Origin: Eledone cirrhosa
Taxonomy: Eukaryota
Assembly (NCBI GenBank): GCA_964016885.1
Contig: OZ024766.1
Coordinates: 10,168,001 to 10,232,000 of the forward strand
Reading direction: 5' to 3'
DNA length: 64,000 nt
The notes under the pieces are model-generated. The model was not told the origin of the DNA, ran no database searches, and saw only the letters and a list, made by a program, of their open reading frames with translations. Both the position numbers and the translations under genes were made by a program. Positions 12,914 through 25,222 of this stretch are shown here, piece by piece. How positions within the stretch are numbered: the first letter of the stretch is position 1; each line of letters starts with the position of its first letter.

Positions 12914-13026
12914 GGCTTATTAGCTTTGGAGGGTAAACTGACCCCTATTCTGGTGCAAATGGTCAAAAGCGCCAACACCAATGGACTGCTGGACAGCGAA
13001 GGGGAGATGTCTAAGCATCAACAGAT
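12914..13026 (+). CDS. PPIP5K: PPIP5K exon ([37 protein letters not shown])
   Basis: [25 protein letters not shown] motif. tgcag| acceptor and AT|gtatgt donor, phase 0 to 2. Confidence 0.96.
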
Positions 13027-13289
13027 GTATGTATATGTCTCTATATATGTATATGTATATATGTGTTTCTGTATATGTATGTATGTGTGTATATATATAT
13101 ATATATCCCGGTTTCCTAAGTTACTGGGATAATTCCCATATAAAACTGTGGCTCAGTAGTTACCGATGATGTTGACCTTTTCTTCTTTTCGGGTTATAGC
13201 TACTGTCGCTCAGAGAGTGGGATTGGCTCAGTGCACAGTCTTTCCTCACTTTAAAAAATATCTTCATGTACAGGCATTGCACGATAGAA

Positions 13290-13485
13290 TTAATTAACTG
13301 TTTCTACTTTTGGCACAAGGCCAGCAATTACCCAGTACATTACTGGTACTTTATTTTATCGACCCCGTAAGGATGAAAGGCAAAGTTAACCTCGGCGGGA
13401 TTTGAACTCAACCATAAAGGGCCGTAACTCTTTACTGCAAAGCATGGCGTCCGACTCTCTACCGATACTGCCAATTCACCGCCCC
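13290..13485 (-). mobile_element. MetaSINE-type tRNA SINE (another copy at 11553-11705 on +)
   Basis: A box tggcagtatcgg, B box gagttcaaatcc, Meta-domain-like gcctttcatcctt..ggtcgataaaat..gtaccag. Confidence 0.8.
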
Positions 13486-13845
13486 GATAGAATTAATAAT
13501 TATTAATAATGGAGGCACATGGCTTAGTGGTTAGAGCATTGGGCTTGCAATTGAAAGGTTGTGAGTTCAATTCTCAGACCGGGTGATGTGTTGTTTCCTT
13601 GAGCAAGACACTTTATTTCACGTTGCTCCAGTTTACTCAGCTGTAGAAATGAGATGATAGGGACTGGGGTCCCTATCATTCCACTGTAAAGTGGTCGTGG
13701 AGGTGCCACTGCAAAAAAGCACCCAGCACTCACTGTAAATGAGGTTGGTGATAGGAAGGGCTTCCTGCTGTAGAAATCAAGCCAGAATCAGTTCAACAGT
13801 ACGTCCTCATCAGATAAAATAAAATAATGTATCATGTATCATTTT

Positions 13846-13911
13846 ATTTTATCTGATGAGGACGTACTGTTGAACCTGATTCAAGTACCTCTGAAATATG
13901 TATAATAAAAT
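13846..13911 (+). ncRNA. type I hammerhead ribozyme, family B
   Basis: attttat-CTGATGA-ggacgtac..ttgaa..ttcaa..gtacctct-GAAA-tatgta-TA-ataaaat. Confidence 0.8.
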
Positions 13912-13953
13912 TTAATTGGTCACAAGAACATCTATTTTATTAATATTTGAATT

Positions 13954-13986
<33 letters not shown>

Positions 13987-14221
13987 ATATTAACAAATGG
14001 AAACTATATTTATAAAACCATATCTATTTTATTATACATATTTCAAGGACACCATGTTAAATTATGGTATGCTTTCATCAGACAATATACAATATATACC
14101 AGTTTTATAAATAAATATTGACATACCCTTACAAAATGACACCATTACTGTTGGAAGACTCAGTAATGGTTGCATTTTGTAAGGGTATGTCAATATTTAT
14201 TTATAAAACTGGTATATATTG

Positions 14222-14286
14222 TATTTTGTCTGATGAAAGCATACCATAATTTAACATGGTGTCCTTGAAATATGTATAATAAAATA
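14222..14286 (+). ncRNA. type I hammerhead ribozyme, family B2 (mirror copy on - strand about 14025-14089)
   Basis: tattttgt-CTGATGA-aagcataccat..atggtgtcctt-GAAA-tatgta-TA-ataaaata, 8-bp stem I. Confidence 0.85.
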
Positions 14287-14551
14287 GATATGGTTTTATA
14301 AATATAGTTTCCATTTGTTAATATCGTATGTTTACTCCAAATACTTGTTAAGTGCTTTATATCAGTTATAAAAATATTTGCTTGTTGTATCCCAACAATT
14401 TAAATAGAACTTTTGCATATATATATATAAATATTTACACATACACCAATTAAACAAAGTCACAGGTATATATGTGTTTTGGCAACTATTCATGATGTGA
14501 CTCAATATACATACACAACCATGCATATATATATATACATACACACACATG

Positions 14552-14595
<44 letters not shown>

Positions 14596-14799
14596 TATAT
14601 ATACACACACACACACATCATCATCATCATCATCATCATCATACGTCTGCTTTTCCCTGCTTGCAAGGAAATATATATATATATATATATACACACACAT
14701 ATATATATATACATACACACACACACATATATATATATACATACTCCCATATATATATTCACTTTATTTTTAAAGTCTCTCGTTGTTATTTTTGTTTAT

Positions 14800-14850
<51 letters not shown>

Positions 14851-14858
<8 letters not shown>

Positions 14859-15290
14859 ATACTTTGGGAGGGTCATGTTGCCAATAAGAAACACACGCAC
14901 CAGTTGCTTTCACACCAATTTATTATAAATTAAATTTATAATATATTCATTCACTGAAGAGGTCACAGAATGTGTGACGAAAGAACTTTGACAATATATG
15001 AACAACCGTCCGGTTGTGGAACCAACCAAATTTAGGAATTTATAAATTTCCGGTTGGTTGGTTCCACAACCGGACAGTTGTTCATATATTGTCAAAGTTC
15101 TTTCGTCACACATTCTGTGACCTCTTCAGTGACTGAATTTATTATAAATTTAATTTATAATAAATTGGAGTGAAAGCAACTGGTGCGTGTGTTTCTTATT
15201 GGCAACATGACCCTCCCAAAGTATAACAATATCGGTTTCAACACACGTTTTCAGATAAAGAATCTTGCTAAACAAATTCAGAAATGAAAT
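14851..15290. mobile_element. ~380-bp foldback element (relatives 52387-52915, 23395-23570)
   Basis: Arms begin atattgttata[c/t]ttgggg?agggtcat; a hammerhead-like core lies inside. Confidence 0.7.
14951..14991 (+). ncRNA. hammerhead-like motif with short stems (mirror on - strand about 15093-15132)
   Basis: tca-CTGAAGA-g-gtcaca gaatg tgtgac-GAAA-gaac-TT-tga. Confidence 0.55.
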
Positions 15291-15621
15291 ATATATATAC
15301 TTACATTCATTTGATTTATTGATTTATTGATATTTTATCTGAGTGTCCCGAATCTTCCATATCGCAATTTTTCGGTCGTATGGTTGATTGTAGACATATT
15401 CTATGTGTGATGGTATTTTAACGATAGTTATAGCTCTGATTTATCTGAATTATTGAGCCCTCTGCCGCTCATCTCGAATTTTGTTTATCGTGAACTCGTG
15501 CGCCGATTTTTCGATACTCGATTATTCTACTATACGTGTGTGTATATATATATATAATAAATATATATAAACGGAAAAAATGAAATGAAATTTCATTTCC
15601 CACTCTTAGTACAGCTGTTAC

Positions 15622-16190
15622 TTAAATATAAGTATGTACACGTACATACATATATGTATACAGACGTACAGTAGTATGTATATATATATACATACATGCA
15701 CACACATATATATGTACGTATGGATTCACCGAACATTTATTATAATGCTCGGTGTGTCTGTAAACAAACATCCCGTATTAAGCCGTAGTGTCCAGCAACC
15801 ATCGTTGCTTGTTTGTTCAACACTGACAAAGGAACGCTGTACTAGTTTCAAGCTTATTAGCTATCGTCAGCAACGTATACCTTCCTGCTACATGATTGTA
15901 CTTTCAGACGTTCAACAATCTGGCAGGAAGGTATACGTTGCTGACGATAGCTAATAAGCTTGAAACTAGTACAGCGTTCCTTTGTTAGTGTTGAACAAAC
16001 GAGCAACGATGGCTGCTAGACACTACGGCTTAATACGGGATGTTTGTTTACAAACACACCGAGCATTATAATAAATGTTTGGTGAATCCATACGTACATA
16101 TATATATATGTGTGCATGTATGTATATATATATATACATACTACTGTACGTCTGTATACATATATGTATGTACGTGTACATATTTAAATA
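15622..16190. mobile_element. ~570-bp foldback pLTR element with two hammerheads
   Basis: Arms of about 260 bp, about 40-bp spacer. Confidence 0.75.
15935..15977 (+). ncRNA. minimal type I hammerhead ribozyme (mirror copy on - strand 15834-15876)
   Basis: acgttg-CTGACGA-t agct aata agct t-GAAA-ctag-TA-cagcgt, with palindromic stem III ACTAGT. Confidence 0.88.
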
Positions 16191-17047
16191 TATATATATG
16201 TGTATATATATATATAATAAATATATATATATGTGTATATATATATAATAAATATATATATATATGTATGTGTATATATATATATAATAAATATATATAT
16301 ATATATGTATGTGTATATATATATATATCACACAATCTCACACCTCTCTCACTGTCACTCACACAGTCTTTTTCTCTTCCTTTTCCACTTCCCTACACTC
16401 CATATCTTTCTCTTTCTCCCCCCTCACATTCTCTGTCAGTCACACTCTCTCTCTCACACGCACTATCCCCCCTTTCTCTCTATCTTCCCTTTCTCTCTGT
16501 ATCTTCCTCTCCCTTCTCCTCATCTTCCCTGTCTCACACTATCTCTATCTATCTAGTTGTCTCTCTTTCTCTATCTTCCTCTCCCTTATCCTCTCCCTAT
16601 TTCTCTCTCTAACTTCCTCTCCTCTTCATCCTCTCTCTCTCCCCCTCTCTCTTCTCTTTCCTCTCTCTTCTTCTCTTTCCCCTCTCTATCTCTATCTTCC
16701 TCTCTCTTCTCTTCCCCCTCTCTATGTCTTCCTCTCTCTGTCTTCCTCTCTCTTCTCTTCCCCCTCTCTATCTCTATCTTCCTCTCTCTGTCTTCCTCTC
16801 TCTTCTCTTTCCCCTCTTTATCCCTGTCTTCCTCTCTTCTTCTCTTTCCCTTCTCTCTGTCTTCCTCTCTCTTCTCTTTCCCCTCTCTATCTCTGTCTTC
16901 CTCTCTCTCCTACTCTTCCCCTCTCTATCTCTGTCTTCATCCCCTCTCTCTCTCTCTCTCCCTCCCTTCTCATCCCACCTCTCCCACACCATCTATCTCT
17001 CTCTCTCTATCTGTCTCTCTCTCTCTCTCTCTCTCTCTTTGTTTTAG

Positions 17048-17062
17048 GATGTCAGTTTTCAA
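17048..17062 (+). CDS. PPIP5K: candidate 15-nt alternative microexon (changes QQIVK to QQMMSVFNVK)
   Basis: Long CT tract then gttttag|GATGTCAGTTTTCAA|gtaagt. Frame-preserving, phase 2 to 2 between the flanking exons, no stop codon. No transcript evidence. Confidence 0.5.
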
Positions 17063-17417
17063 GTAAGTAGACATGACAAATCTTAATTAGAACCCCCCCA
17101 CCCTCCCACTCCCACCTCACCCCCAGATTTCTACACCCTACCTTTTTTTTAACAATCTTACACACACCTTACCTTTAACGACCCCACACACACATACCTT
17201 TAACGACCTATTCAACACCTTTTCATGTGTGTGGTTTCAGTTTAAAGAAAAAAGAAAGGAAAAAGAAAAATTTGTGTTGAATTTTTTTTTTTTTTAAATT
17301 TTATTTTGGTTGTTTGAAAATTTTAAGGGTTTGAAAAAAATTAAAAAAGACCCCCAAAATATTGCATTTTGTGTGTTTACTAACAATTTCCCTTCCCTGT
17401 TTGTGTGTTTGTGTGTA

Positions 17418-17456
<39 letters not shown>

Positions 17457-18622
17457 GTCCCACCCTTGCAAGCGGGGAAAAGCGGGCGTAAAATGATGAT
17501 GATGATATATATAGCTATCGAAACGGCTTAAGCTCAGCCATTGGGGTCCTACTCGTTCCTATACCTTTGGCGGTACTCAGTAACAGAGAAGACCCGCCTT
17601 ACCTAAATATATAGTAAAACCTACTCCAGCCAGTAGGCATCTCTAACAAATACACCCCGTCCCACCACCCCCACCCGATCCACACCACCCCGTTCTATGT
17701 AAAGTTATGTTGGTGCCGCGCCATCGAGGCCGAAACAAATGAGATCGTGTAGGTGTCACGACAAAAAAACACACAGTCCACGCTGTAATGTGGCCGTGTA
17801 GGCAACACGGTAAAAACCTCCCAGACCCACACTGTAAATGTGGTTGGTGTTAGGAAGGGCATCCAACTGTAGAAAACCTGCCAGACAGTCCTATGCGAGC
17901 AAGACAATCACTCTTGCCTCAAGTGGGACTACCCCCGTCCAAACCCATGCAAGCGTGGAACACGGACGTTAAACGTTGATGATGATGATGATGATGATGA
18001 TATATATATGTATCTCAGACCAGGTGATGTGTTGTTTCCTTGAGCAAGACACTTTATTTCACATTGCTCCAGTTTACTCAGCTGTAGAAATGAGATGATA
18101 GGGACTGGGGTCCCTATCATCTCACTGCAAAGTGGTCGTGGAGGTGCCACAGTAAAAAAGCACCCAGCCCACACTGCAAAGTGGCCATGTAGGCGCCACA
18201 GCAAAAAAGCACCCAGCACTCACTGTAAAGTGGACGTGGAGGTGCCACAGAAAAAAAGCACCCATATATATATTCATTCAAAATATTAACAAAAATAGAA
18301 CTTCATTGTGATCAAGTATATTTTAATCTATTCATCATTTCATCATCATTTCATTTTACGTCCGCTTTTCCCTGCTTGCAAGGATGGGACGGGAACTGAT
18401 TTTTGGCTTGGTTTCTACAGCTGGATGCCCTTCCTAACACCAACCTCATTTACAGTGAGTGCTGGGTGCTTTTTTTTGCCGTGGCACCTCTACGACCACT
18501 TTGCAGTGGAATGATAGGGACCCCAGTCCCTATCATCTCATTTCTACAGCTGAGTAAACTGGAGCAATGTGAAATAAAGTGTCTTGATTTATTGATTTAT
18601 TCATCAAACCTTGTTTAACCTT

Positions 18623-18678
<56 letters not shown>

Positions 18679-18795
18679 CCTAATACCTAATTTTTGCTGG
18701 ACCGGCAATCGCTATGTATAATCAGATCCTGACTATTACTGGAATTTTATAAGAATCCAGCTTCTATAATTTTCGACAGAAGCAGGGAGTGTCTT

Positions 18796-18835
18796 GCTCT
18801 GATGATTGCCAACCAGCATGAAACAGACTGTCAGC
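18796..18835 (+). ncRNA. minimal type I hammerhead ribozyme
   Basis: gct-CTGATGA-t tgc caacca gca t-GAAA-cagactg-TC-agc. Confidence 0.8.
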
Positions 18836-19333
18836 TTCTCTCCCTTCTTTCACGGAAAAGAAGTGACATAGTCACTATTTTAAAACTGATAGCGTAAGGT
18901 CTTTAAAAAGTTTTTAATTAAACATACAGTATATTGCCAAGTGGAGGCACATGGCTTAGTGGTTAGAGCATTGGGCTTGCAATCGAAAGGTTGTGAGTTC
19001 AATTCTCAGACCAGGTGATGTGTTGTTTCCTTGAGCAAGACACTTTATTTCACATTGCTCCAGTTTACTCAGCTGTAGAAATGAGATGATAGGGACTGGG
19101 GTCCCTATCATTCCACTGTAAAGTGGTCGTGGAGGTGCCACGGCAAAAAAAGCACCCAGCACTCACTGTAAATGAGGTTGGTGTTAGGAAGGGCATCCAG
19201 CTGTAGAGATCAAGCCAGAATCAGTTCCCGTCCCACCCTTGCAAGCAGGGAAAAGGGGACGTAAAATGATGATGATGATATTATACATACATTCATATAT
19301 ATATGGCTATTTCAGAGCACCAATCCTAATACC

Positions 19334-19374
<41 letters not shown>

Positions 19375-19780
19375 TATATATCTATACTTACACATATATT
19401 ATTTTATTCAGCTCCCTATGTAGATGTCTACCTTTGAATATTAATTAGTGTTCCTTGACAAAATCCATGTAGATAGTGGTGATGGTGATGGTGGTGATGG
19501 TGATGGTGGTGGTGGTGTTGGTGGTGGTGGTGTTGGTGGTGGTGGTGTTGGTGGTGGTGGTGTTGATGGTGATGGTGGTGATGGTGATGGTGGTGGTGGT
19601 GTTGGTGGTGGTGGTGTTGGTGGTGGTGGTGTTGATGGTGGTGTTGGTGGTGGTGGTGTTGGTGGTGGTGGTGTTGGTGATGTAACATCATCTTTACATC
19701 CGATCCATGTAAACATGGACACATGCACGTAAAATGATGGATGATGAAAATGATGATGATGATATATATATATGTACATA

Positions 19781-19912
<132 letters not shown>

Positions 19913-20612
19913 TATATATATATATATATATATACAAGTACTAACATGCTATCATAAAGATAGTGCTAACATGCTGTCTTAAACGTAGACTGTGTGCTAA
20001 CATGCTATCACAAAAGTAGCAGGTTTGGTTTGCTACTATGCTGTCATGAAGATAGTAGCTTTGCTAACATGCTGTTTTGAAGATAGCTGGTTAGTACATG
20101 TACCGTTTAGATGTTTTTTTTTTTTTCTATGTCTTTTAGGGCTGCTTTAAATTCCTCCCTTACACCACATCTTAGTGGCAGCCATCTTCAATTCCTCCCC
20201 AGAAAATAAAGTAGTTTTGTGTGATATTATGAAGCAGTCTCCCCGTCTACTCTCTTTTAGTATCCTGCAGAAACCCAGCCCACACTTCTTACCCTGTTTG
20301 TGTTTGGAGTGACCCCCTGCCCTTCCCACCCTGCCCGTCCTTGCATAAACAAAAATTACTTTTTTTTAAATTTATTTATTTGATTTTAAAAAATTTTATT
20401 TTAATTTTTTTTGCCTGCGAGTTGCTTTCTGAAGAGTTTTTAAGGGTTTTCACTGTGTGTCATTTTTATCTGGCGTTCCAGCAAGCCTTTGGATTAGCTG
20501 GTCATATATATATATATATCTACGTATATACTTATATATACATACATGTATATACCTATATATATATATATGTATATATATGTGGATATTTATATGTATG
20601 TGTGTATATATA

Positions 20613-21219
20613 CAGGGTGCGGACGATATCAGTTCGCAAGATTACTGTCTAGGAAAAAATAACACAGTAGTTTTATTTTATAAGATTTATTTATCAAACT
20701 TGGGTCAGTTTGTCTTCACGACTAGTTCTTTCGATCTCACTTGATAAACCCGCCATTGGCTTTGATGACGGTCTCAAAGCGGCCTCGGAACCGGCTACAG
20801 GCCTTCGTCGCTGTCCCCCGACTTAGGCCCCTAAAGGAACTTGTGATCCTGGCCTTCAGATCATCTTTCGTATTGCAGCTAGATCTGTTGGTGTCTCGTT
20901 CCACTGCGCCCCACACAAAGAAGTCGAGGGGGGTTGCAGTCAGGCGAGCTGGGAGGCCAGATGTCAGGTGAAGTGTGGTCGACGAAGTTCTCTGACAGCC
21001 AGGCTCGGGTCTTTAGGCTGGTATGGCAGGGCGCTGAGTCTTGCTGCCACACGTACGGCCTACCTGCAGCTACCTGGTCGATCCAGGGCTTTACTACCTC
21101 GCTCAGAACGCGGATGTAGCCATCGGTGTTCAGCTTGAGGCTCTCAGGGAAGAACGGATGTAAAAATAATTTGCATAAAATTAGCAGTTGAAAATTGTGA
21201 ACAAATATCGTCCGCACCC

Positions 21220-21221
<2 letters not shown>
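20613..21221 (-). mobile_element. internally deleted DD37D (maT-type) Tc1/mariner element
   Basis: TA-flanked TIRs cagggtgcggacgatat. WQQDSAPCH...[10 protein letters not shown](LD) with 37 residues between the two aspartates after correcting a +1 frameshift. Confidence 0.85.
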
Positions 21222-21252
<31 letters not shown>

Positions 21253-21629
21253 ATATATATGTGGATATGTATATATGTATATATATATGTGGATATATAT
21301 ATTTATATATATATGTGGATATATATATATGTATGTATATAGATGGATATATATATACATATCATCATCTTCGTTTAACGTCCATTTTCCACGCTAGCAT
21401 GGGTTATATATATATATATATACTCACACTATATATATATTGAAGAAAATATTTTCCTTACCACTCTCACCCTCTCACATTTATTAGTCTCATTTTCTCC
21501 CTCCTTTTTCTCTCTGTCTCACTCTCTCTGTCTCTCTACCTGTCACTCCCTCTCTCTATCTCTACATCCTTTCTCTCTCCCTCTCTCTCTCCGATCTCTC
21601 TCTCTCTCTCTATATATATATATAAATAT

Positions 21630-22990
21630 AAAGATTTACATATACATAAAGTCATAGATATATATGTTGCAACGGGTCACTTTGTGGCTCAATGAAGAAT
21701 TAATAAATTAAATAATCAGAGCAATATATCATAAATGATGTCCTTAGAATTATTAGATAAAATATATACCATTTCCTCTCCCAATTAGCATAATTAACCA
21801 TATAAAAAATCAATTAGACCAACCTATAAGAATAAAGGCTCCTATGAAGAAATCTCCGACAAATAACCGAAAGCAGCCCCTTCGCTGCTGTTACGACGGA
21901 TTATTTATCGAATATTTCGACAGCGTGTATAAATCGACCAGATATACAGTCAACTAAACAGTATTAGGTGTAAAATAAACTAGAAGAAAAGTGTACATAT
22001 TTAATTACCTCTACCATGGTTTCATCCGCATTTTAAGACATCCGATAACATTGGATATCTAGAGCTTCTAGAGTTAGCTCAAATTTAGACAATTAATTTT
22101 CCAAAGTGATCGCGCCAAGAATACATTCAAAAATGGCTAAGAATCGTGACGTGGCAGCGGTCAAGTTAGAAAGATGTGATTAGTTGCTTGCGGCTGGTAG
22201 GCTTTTTGCTAGAAAGCGCAGCCCAATACAGCCAAAATTGTATCTCAACCTAACGGGAGATTATTACATATAAAGGTTTACATATATATATATATATAAA
22301 GTCATAAATATATATGTGTTTTGCAACGGGTCACTTTGTAGCTCAATGAAGAATTAATAAATTAAATAATCAGAGCAATATATCATAAATCATGTCCTTA
22401 GAATTATTAGATAAAATATATACCATTTCCTCTCCCAATTAGCATAATTAACCATATAAAAAATCAATTAGATCAGGCTATAAGAATAAAGGCTCCTATG
22501 AAGAAATATTTGACAAATAACCGAAAGCGGCCTCTTCGCGGTGGCCCCAATAGAGTATTTATCCAACATTTCAAGAGCATGTAGAAACTGACTAAATATA
22601 CCGTCAACCATACACAATTAGGTGTAAATTCAAACTTAGAAGAAATGTGTACATACCGTAATTATATCTCTACCATGGTTTCGTCCGTATTTTTAGATAT
22701 CCAATTATCAGGATATATCCAGAGTAACGACTCATCAGGAGAAAACTCAAGATTAGACATTTAATTTTCCAAAGTGATTGTGCAAAAAATAGATTAAAAA
22801 ATGGCTAAGAATCGTGACGTGGCAGTGGTCAGGTTAGAAAGAATGTGATTAGTTGCTTACGGCGGGTAGGCTTGTTGCTAGAAAGCACAGCCCAATATCG
22901 CCCAATTGTATCTCAACCTAACGGGAGATTATTAAATAGAGTGCTCAACCGGCATACCGCCTATGGACGCATCCAAGCAACCCTACTACA
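21630..22990 (-). mobile_element. head-to-tail dimer of a ~655-bp hammerhead-containing pLTR/retrozyme-like unit
   Basis: 21630-22275 and 22290-22935 are diverged direct repeats. The second copy has an intact hammerhead. Confidence 0.7.
22667..22742 (-). ncRNA. type I hammerhead ribozyme with long stem II
   Basis: Reverse complement: tctc-CTGATGA-gtc...gac-GAAA-ccatgg-TA-gaga, palindromic CCATGG. Confidence 0.8.
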
Positions 22991-24485
22991 AAAATATATA
23001 ATATATATCATCATCATCATTTTACGTCCGCCTTTTCCCTGCTTCCAAGGGTGGGACGGGAACTGATTCTGGCTTGATTTCTACAGCTGGATGCCCTTCC
23101 TAACACCAACCTCATTTACAGTGAGTGCTGGGTGCTTTTTTTGCCGTGGCACCTCCACGACCACTTTACAGTGGAATGATAGGGACCCCAGTCCCTATCA
23201 TCTCATTTCTACAGCTGAGTAAACTGGAGCAATGTGAAATAAAGTGTCTTGCTCAGGGACACAACACATCACCCGGTCTGAGAATTGAACTCACAACCTT
23301 TCGATTGCAAGGCCAATGCTCTAACCACTTAGCCATGTTCCTCCACTACAGATATAGATATATATATATAGTATGATAAACGTTGATTGCCAAATAAATT
23401 AACTATGGAGATATAAAAGATACAGAAGTGAAAACCAACCAAACAGTGAGTGTGTTCTGTTATTATTTCTGGGAATATTATTACAACAATATGACCCTCC
23501 CCAAGTATAACTATATTAGTTTCGACACACAATTTCATATCAAAAACCTTGCAAAACAAATTCATATATATATATATATACATATTTAATATCATTGAAT
23601 ATTTACTCCAGAAAACTTGTCGAGTGCTCTGAATCAGTTATAAACATTTATATTTGTTGAATTTCCAACAAATAAAATATCCCTTTTGCTTATATATCTA
23701 TCTAAGGCGGGTAAAATTCCCGAGATCCATGGACGAGTTCTCTCCAGCGGTCTCTGTCCCTCATTATCGCTGCCATGTCCTGCGTCTCTAACAGACCAGT
23801 GTCTGTCCTTAGGGCATCAACATACGTTAACCTTGGTCTTCCTCTTCTAGTGTGTCCATGTAGGGGCTCCCACAGGAGCACTGAGTGCAATGTCAACTCT
23901 GGATGTCGGTGAGCATGTCCAGCTAACCTCAGTCTCCTTATATATATGTGAAGGCGTATGGCTGAGTGGTTAGAGAATTGGATTCACAATCGTAAGGTTG
24001 TGAGTTCGATTCCTGGACCAGGCGATGCGTTATGTCCTTGAGCAAGACACTTTATTTCACGTTGCTCCTTCTACCTGGAGTTGCGACCGATAGATAGTAT
24101 TAGCAATTGGAAAGACCAACGGAAACATTGTTCCCTCGGTCCGATTTGACGAAAGTCGATCGTTCCTATATATATATATATATATAGAAAGATTTGAATG
24201 GATACAGTTTAGTTGAAAGGAATTTATTGACACGTGTTTCTATAACAGTTACATAACCTAAAACAGCTATCTACAAACTTTTAGTTATGCAGACATTCAA
24301 TATTTCAATGTTATTATTTACTGTCATTTCATCATATATATATATATATATATCACTCTCTCTCTCAGTACATCCTCTTTCTTTCATCCTCAGTACATCC
24401 TCTTTCTTTCTCTCTCTCTCTCCCTCTCATTCTCTTTCACACTCACTCTCTCTCATCTATCTATCATTATATATACCTATATATA

Positions 24486-24524
<39 letters not shown>

Positions 24525-24557
24525 ATATCTATATATATCTCTCTTTTCTTAACCCAG

Positions 24558-24624
24558 TGTAAAAGAGAGACTCAAAGAGATCCTCAACCAAAATCGGGAA
24601 TTCAACGAAGCTGACTATACAAAG
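24558..24624 (+). CDS. PPIP5K: PPIP5K exon (IVKERLKEILNQNREFNEADYTK)
   Basis: Matches the VK.RL.EIL...R.F...DY.K segment. cccag| acceptor and AAG|gtaagc donor, phase 2 to 0. Confidence 0.92.
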
Positions 24625-24686
24625 GTAAGCACCATCTCTCTCTTTCTCCCCCCCTCTCTCTCTCTCTCTCTTTCTCTCTCTATATA

Positions 24687-24762
24687 TTAGGTTGTCAAGT
24701 ATGAAATTTATAGAAATTTGTAGAAAAAAAACAAATTTCTACAAATTTCCTACTTGACCAAA
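24687..24762. mobile_element. tiny mariner-type MITE/hairpin
   Basis: TA-ttaggttgtcaagtatgaaatt...aatttcctacttgac inverted repeat. Confidence 0.5.
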
Positions 24763-25188
24763 TGACGTTGACTTGTTCTTCTTTTTGGTAAATATCATCT
24801 TGGTTAAGAGAGTGGGACTGGCTTTGTGCAGTGCCTTTGCTCACTATAAAAGCTTCACGGCACAGGCATTGCTTTATATCTGGAGATCTCTCTGCACTTG
24901 TCGTCACATGGTACCATGGGCCCAGCACTATGTGTCAATAATTGTCACAAGTGTAGTGTTTGTACCAGAGTTTTCAAGTCACTGGCTGGACTAAAAAGTC
25001 ACACTCGTTCAGCGCATTGGTAGGGGTTATCCTACATGGATATAAAGTAGTGGCCGTACTCGCAAACGAGTTGGCAGCCACCATATATATATATATATAT
25101 ATATATACATACCTTTGTATATCTTAATCTCTCTCTCTCTCTTTTTTGTCTTTCTCTCACTCTTTCTATCTATCTATCTCTCTCTCAG

Positions 25189-25222
<34 letters not shown>

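Noticed and set aside
23329-23595. ORF as a Penelope GIY-YIG C-terminus
   Set aside because: No recognisable motif; it cannot be supported without a search.
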